From assembly GCA_044225365.1 (NCBI GenBank), contig JBGAIQ010000015.1:37346-101345 (forward strand): a stretch of DNA of 64,000 bases, read 5' to 3'. The notes beneath the pieces were generated by a model. It saw only the letters and a program-made list of their open reading frames with translations, had not been told where the DNA came from and made no database searches. How positions within the stretch are numbered: position 1 is the first letter of the stretch; each line of letters starts with the position of its first letter. This stretch comes from Planctomycetota bacterium. Lineage in GTDB: Bacteria > Planctomycetota > B15-G4 > JADJEK01. A program made the translations under genes and the position numbers. Below, piece by piece: positions 63,090-64,000 of the stretch.

Positions 63090-64000
63090 CGATCGCTTCG
63101 AGGCTCCGAGGAGATCCTGCGAACTTGGAACGGATCCGCGTGCTCGTCGCGACTCTCCCGGAGCGTGGACATTTGAATCCGTTCCACGGTCCGGCCGCCG
63201 CACTTCAGGAACGAGGTGCGGAGGTCGCGTTCTTCGTCGCGAAGGACGTACGCGCGGAACTGTTGGATGCCGGATTCCCGAACGTGTTCGTTCCGAAGGG
63301 CGAAGGACCTCCGTCGACGGAGCATCGCGGCGAGGAGTTCGCGGCGATCCTCCGCGATCGGCCCATGCTCGCCTCTTGGATACGAAAGCTCCTGGCCGAC
63401 GATGTGGAGGCGGTGATCCCGTCCGTCGCCGCCGCGATCGACGAATTCGCCCCGCACGTGGTCGCGCTCGATCCGATGTTCTACGGCGCGGCGATCGCGG
63501 CTCATCGCGCAGGGATTCCGTGGGTCGGCTGGTCGACGTCGCTCAATCCCGTCGTTCCGACGGCTTGGCGAAGCGATCTCATCGAAACGACGAACGCGCT
63601 CCCGCGCACCGAGCTCTTCGAGCGCCACGGGATGCAGGTGTCGTTTCGCGTGAGCGACGTGCTCTCGCCGTACGGCACCGCGGTGTTCGCGACGGAGGCG
63701 CTCGTAGGACGCGCTCCGCCGGGTGTCTGTCTCGTCGGACCATCGCTGCCCCGCCGACCCCGAACGAAAGGGCCGACCGTGGGGTGGCCCACCGAAGGAC
63801 GAGAAGGATCCCTCGGACCCTCCGCCCGGCCGCTCGTCTACGTGTCGTTCGGGAGTCAGGCGTGGCACCAGCCGGCGCGCTACGCGAAGTTGTTCGCCAG
63901 CGTCGAAGCGCTCGATCTCGACCTGTGCGTCGCGGCGGGCGATCTCGCGGCGACGCTCCAACCGCCGCGGGGACTTGGCCGCATCGAGATCGTTCGTTAC
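63086..64000 (+). CDS. GT1/MGT-family UDP-glycosyltransferase (3'-truncated by the window edge)
   Basis: GTGA overlap with asnB. Reads VLVATLPERGHLNP...VGPSL...PLVYVSFGSQ. Absent from the ORF track because it runs off the window. Confidence 0.82.
   Translation, partial: MTIASRLRGDPANLERIRVLVATLPERGHLNPFHGPAAALQERGAEVAFFVAKDVRAELLDAGFPNVFVPKGEGPPSTEHRGEEFAAILRDRPMLASWIRKLLADDVEAVIPSVAAAIDEFAPHVVALDPMFYGAAIAAHRAGIPWVGWSTSLNPVVPTAWRSDLIETTNALPRTELFERHGMQVSFRVSDVLSPYGTAVFATEALVGRAPPGVCLVGPSLPRRPRTKGPTVGWPTEGREGSLGPSARPLVYVSFGSQAWHQPARYAKLFASVEALDLDLCVAAGDLAATLQPPRGLGRIEIVRY

Overview
A high-GC (roughly 65-70% by eye) bacterial window, most likely from a Planctomycetota/PVC genome. This is inferred from an ECF sigma-Ser/Thr kinase pair, PVC-type multiheme cytochrome/DUF1080 genes and many large FG-GAP secreted proteins. 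Housekeeping content includes a complete Rrf2-sufBCDSUT-moaA operon, nadA, rlmD, a triplicated AIM24/TIGR00266 operon and an FMN reductase. The main hidden signals are: (1) two tandem exported TlpA/thioredoxin-like genes that the ORF track splits at an in-frame TGA at the first position of the active site (W-[TGA]-G-P-C), each followed by the same SECIS-like hairpin, i.e. probable UxxC selenoproteins; (2) six unrelated secreted proteins (five clear, one divergent) sharing a ~120-135 aa C-terminal domain that looks like an undescribed sorting or surface-anchoring module; (3) a GTAG-type REP family with compensatory stem changes; (4) a eukaryote-like SNM1/Artemis nuclease; (5) a GT4 fused to a TM-four-helix-TM sensor-like module; (6) the start of a radical SAM/double asparagine-synthetase/GT1 biosynthetic operon. 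No rRNA, tRNA, CRISPR or transposase was seen. All family calls come from motif recognition by eye, not from database searches.
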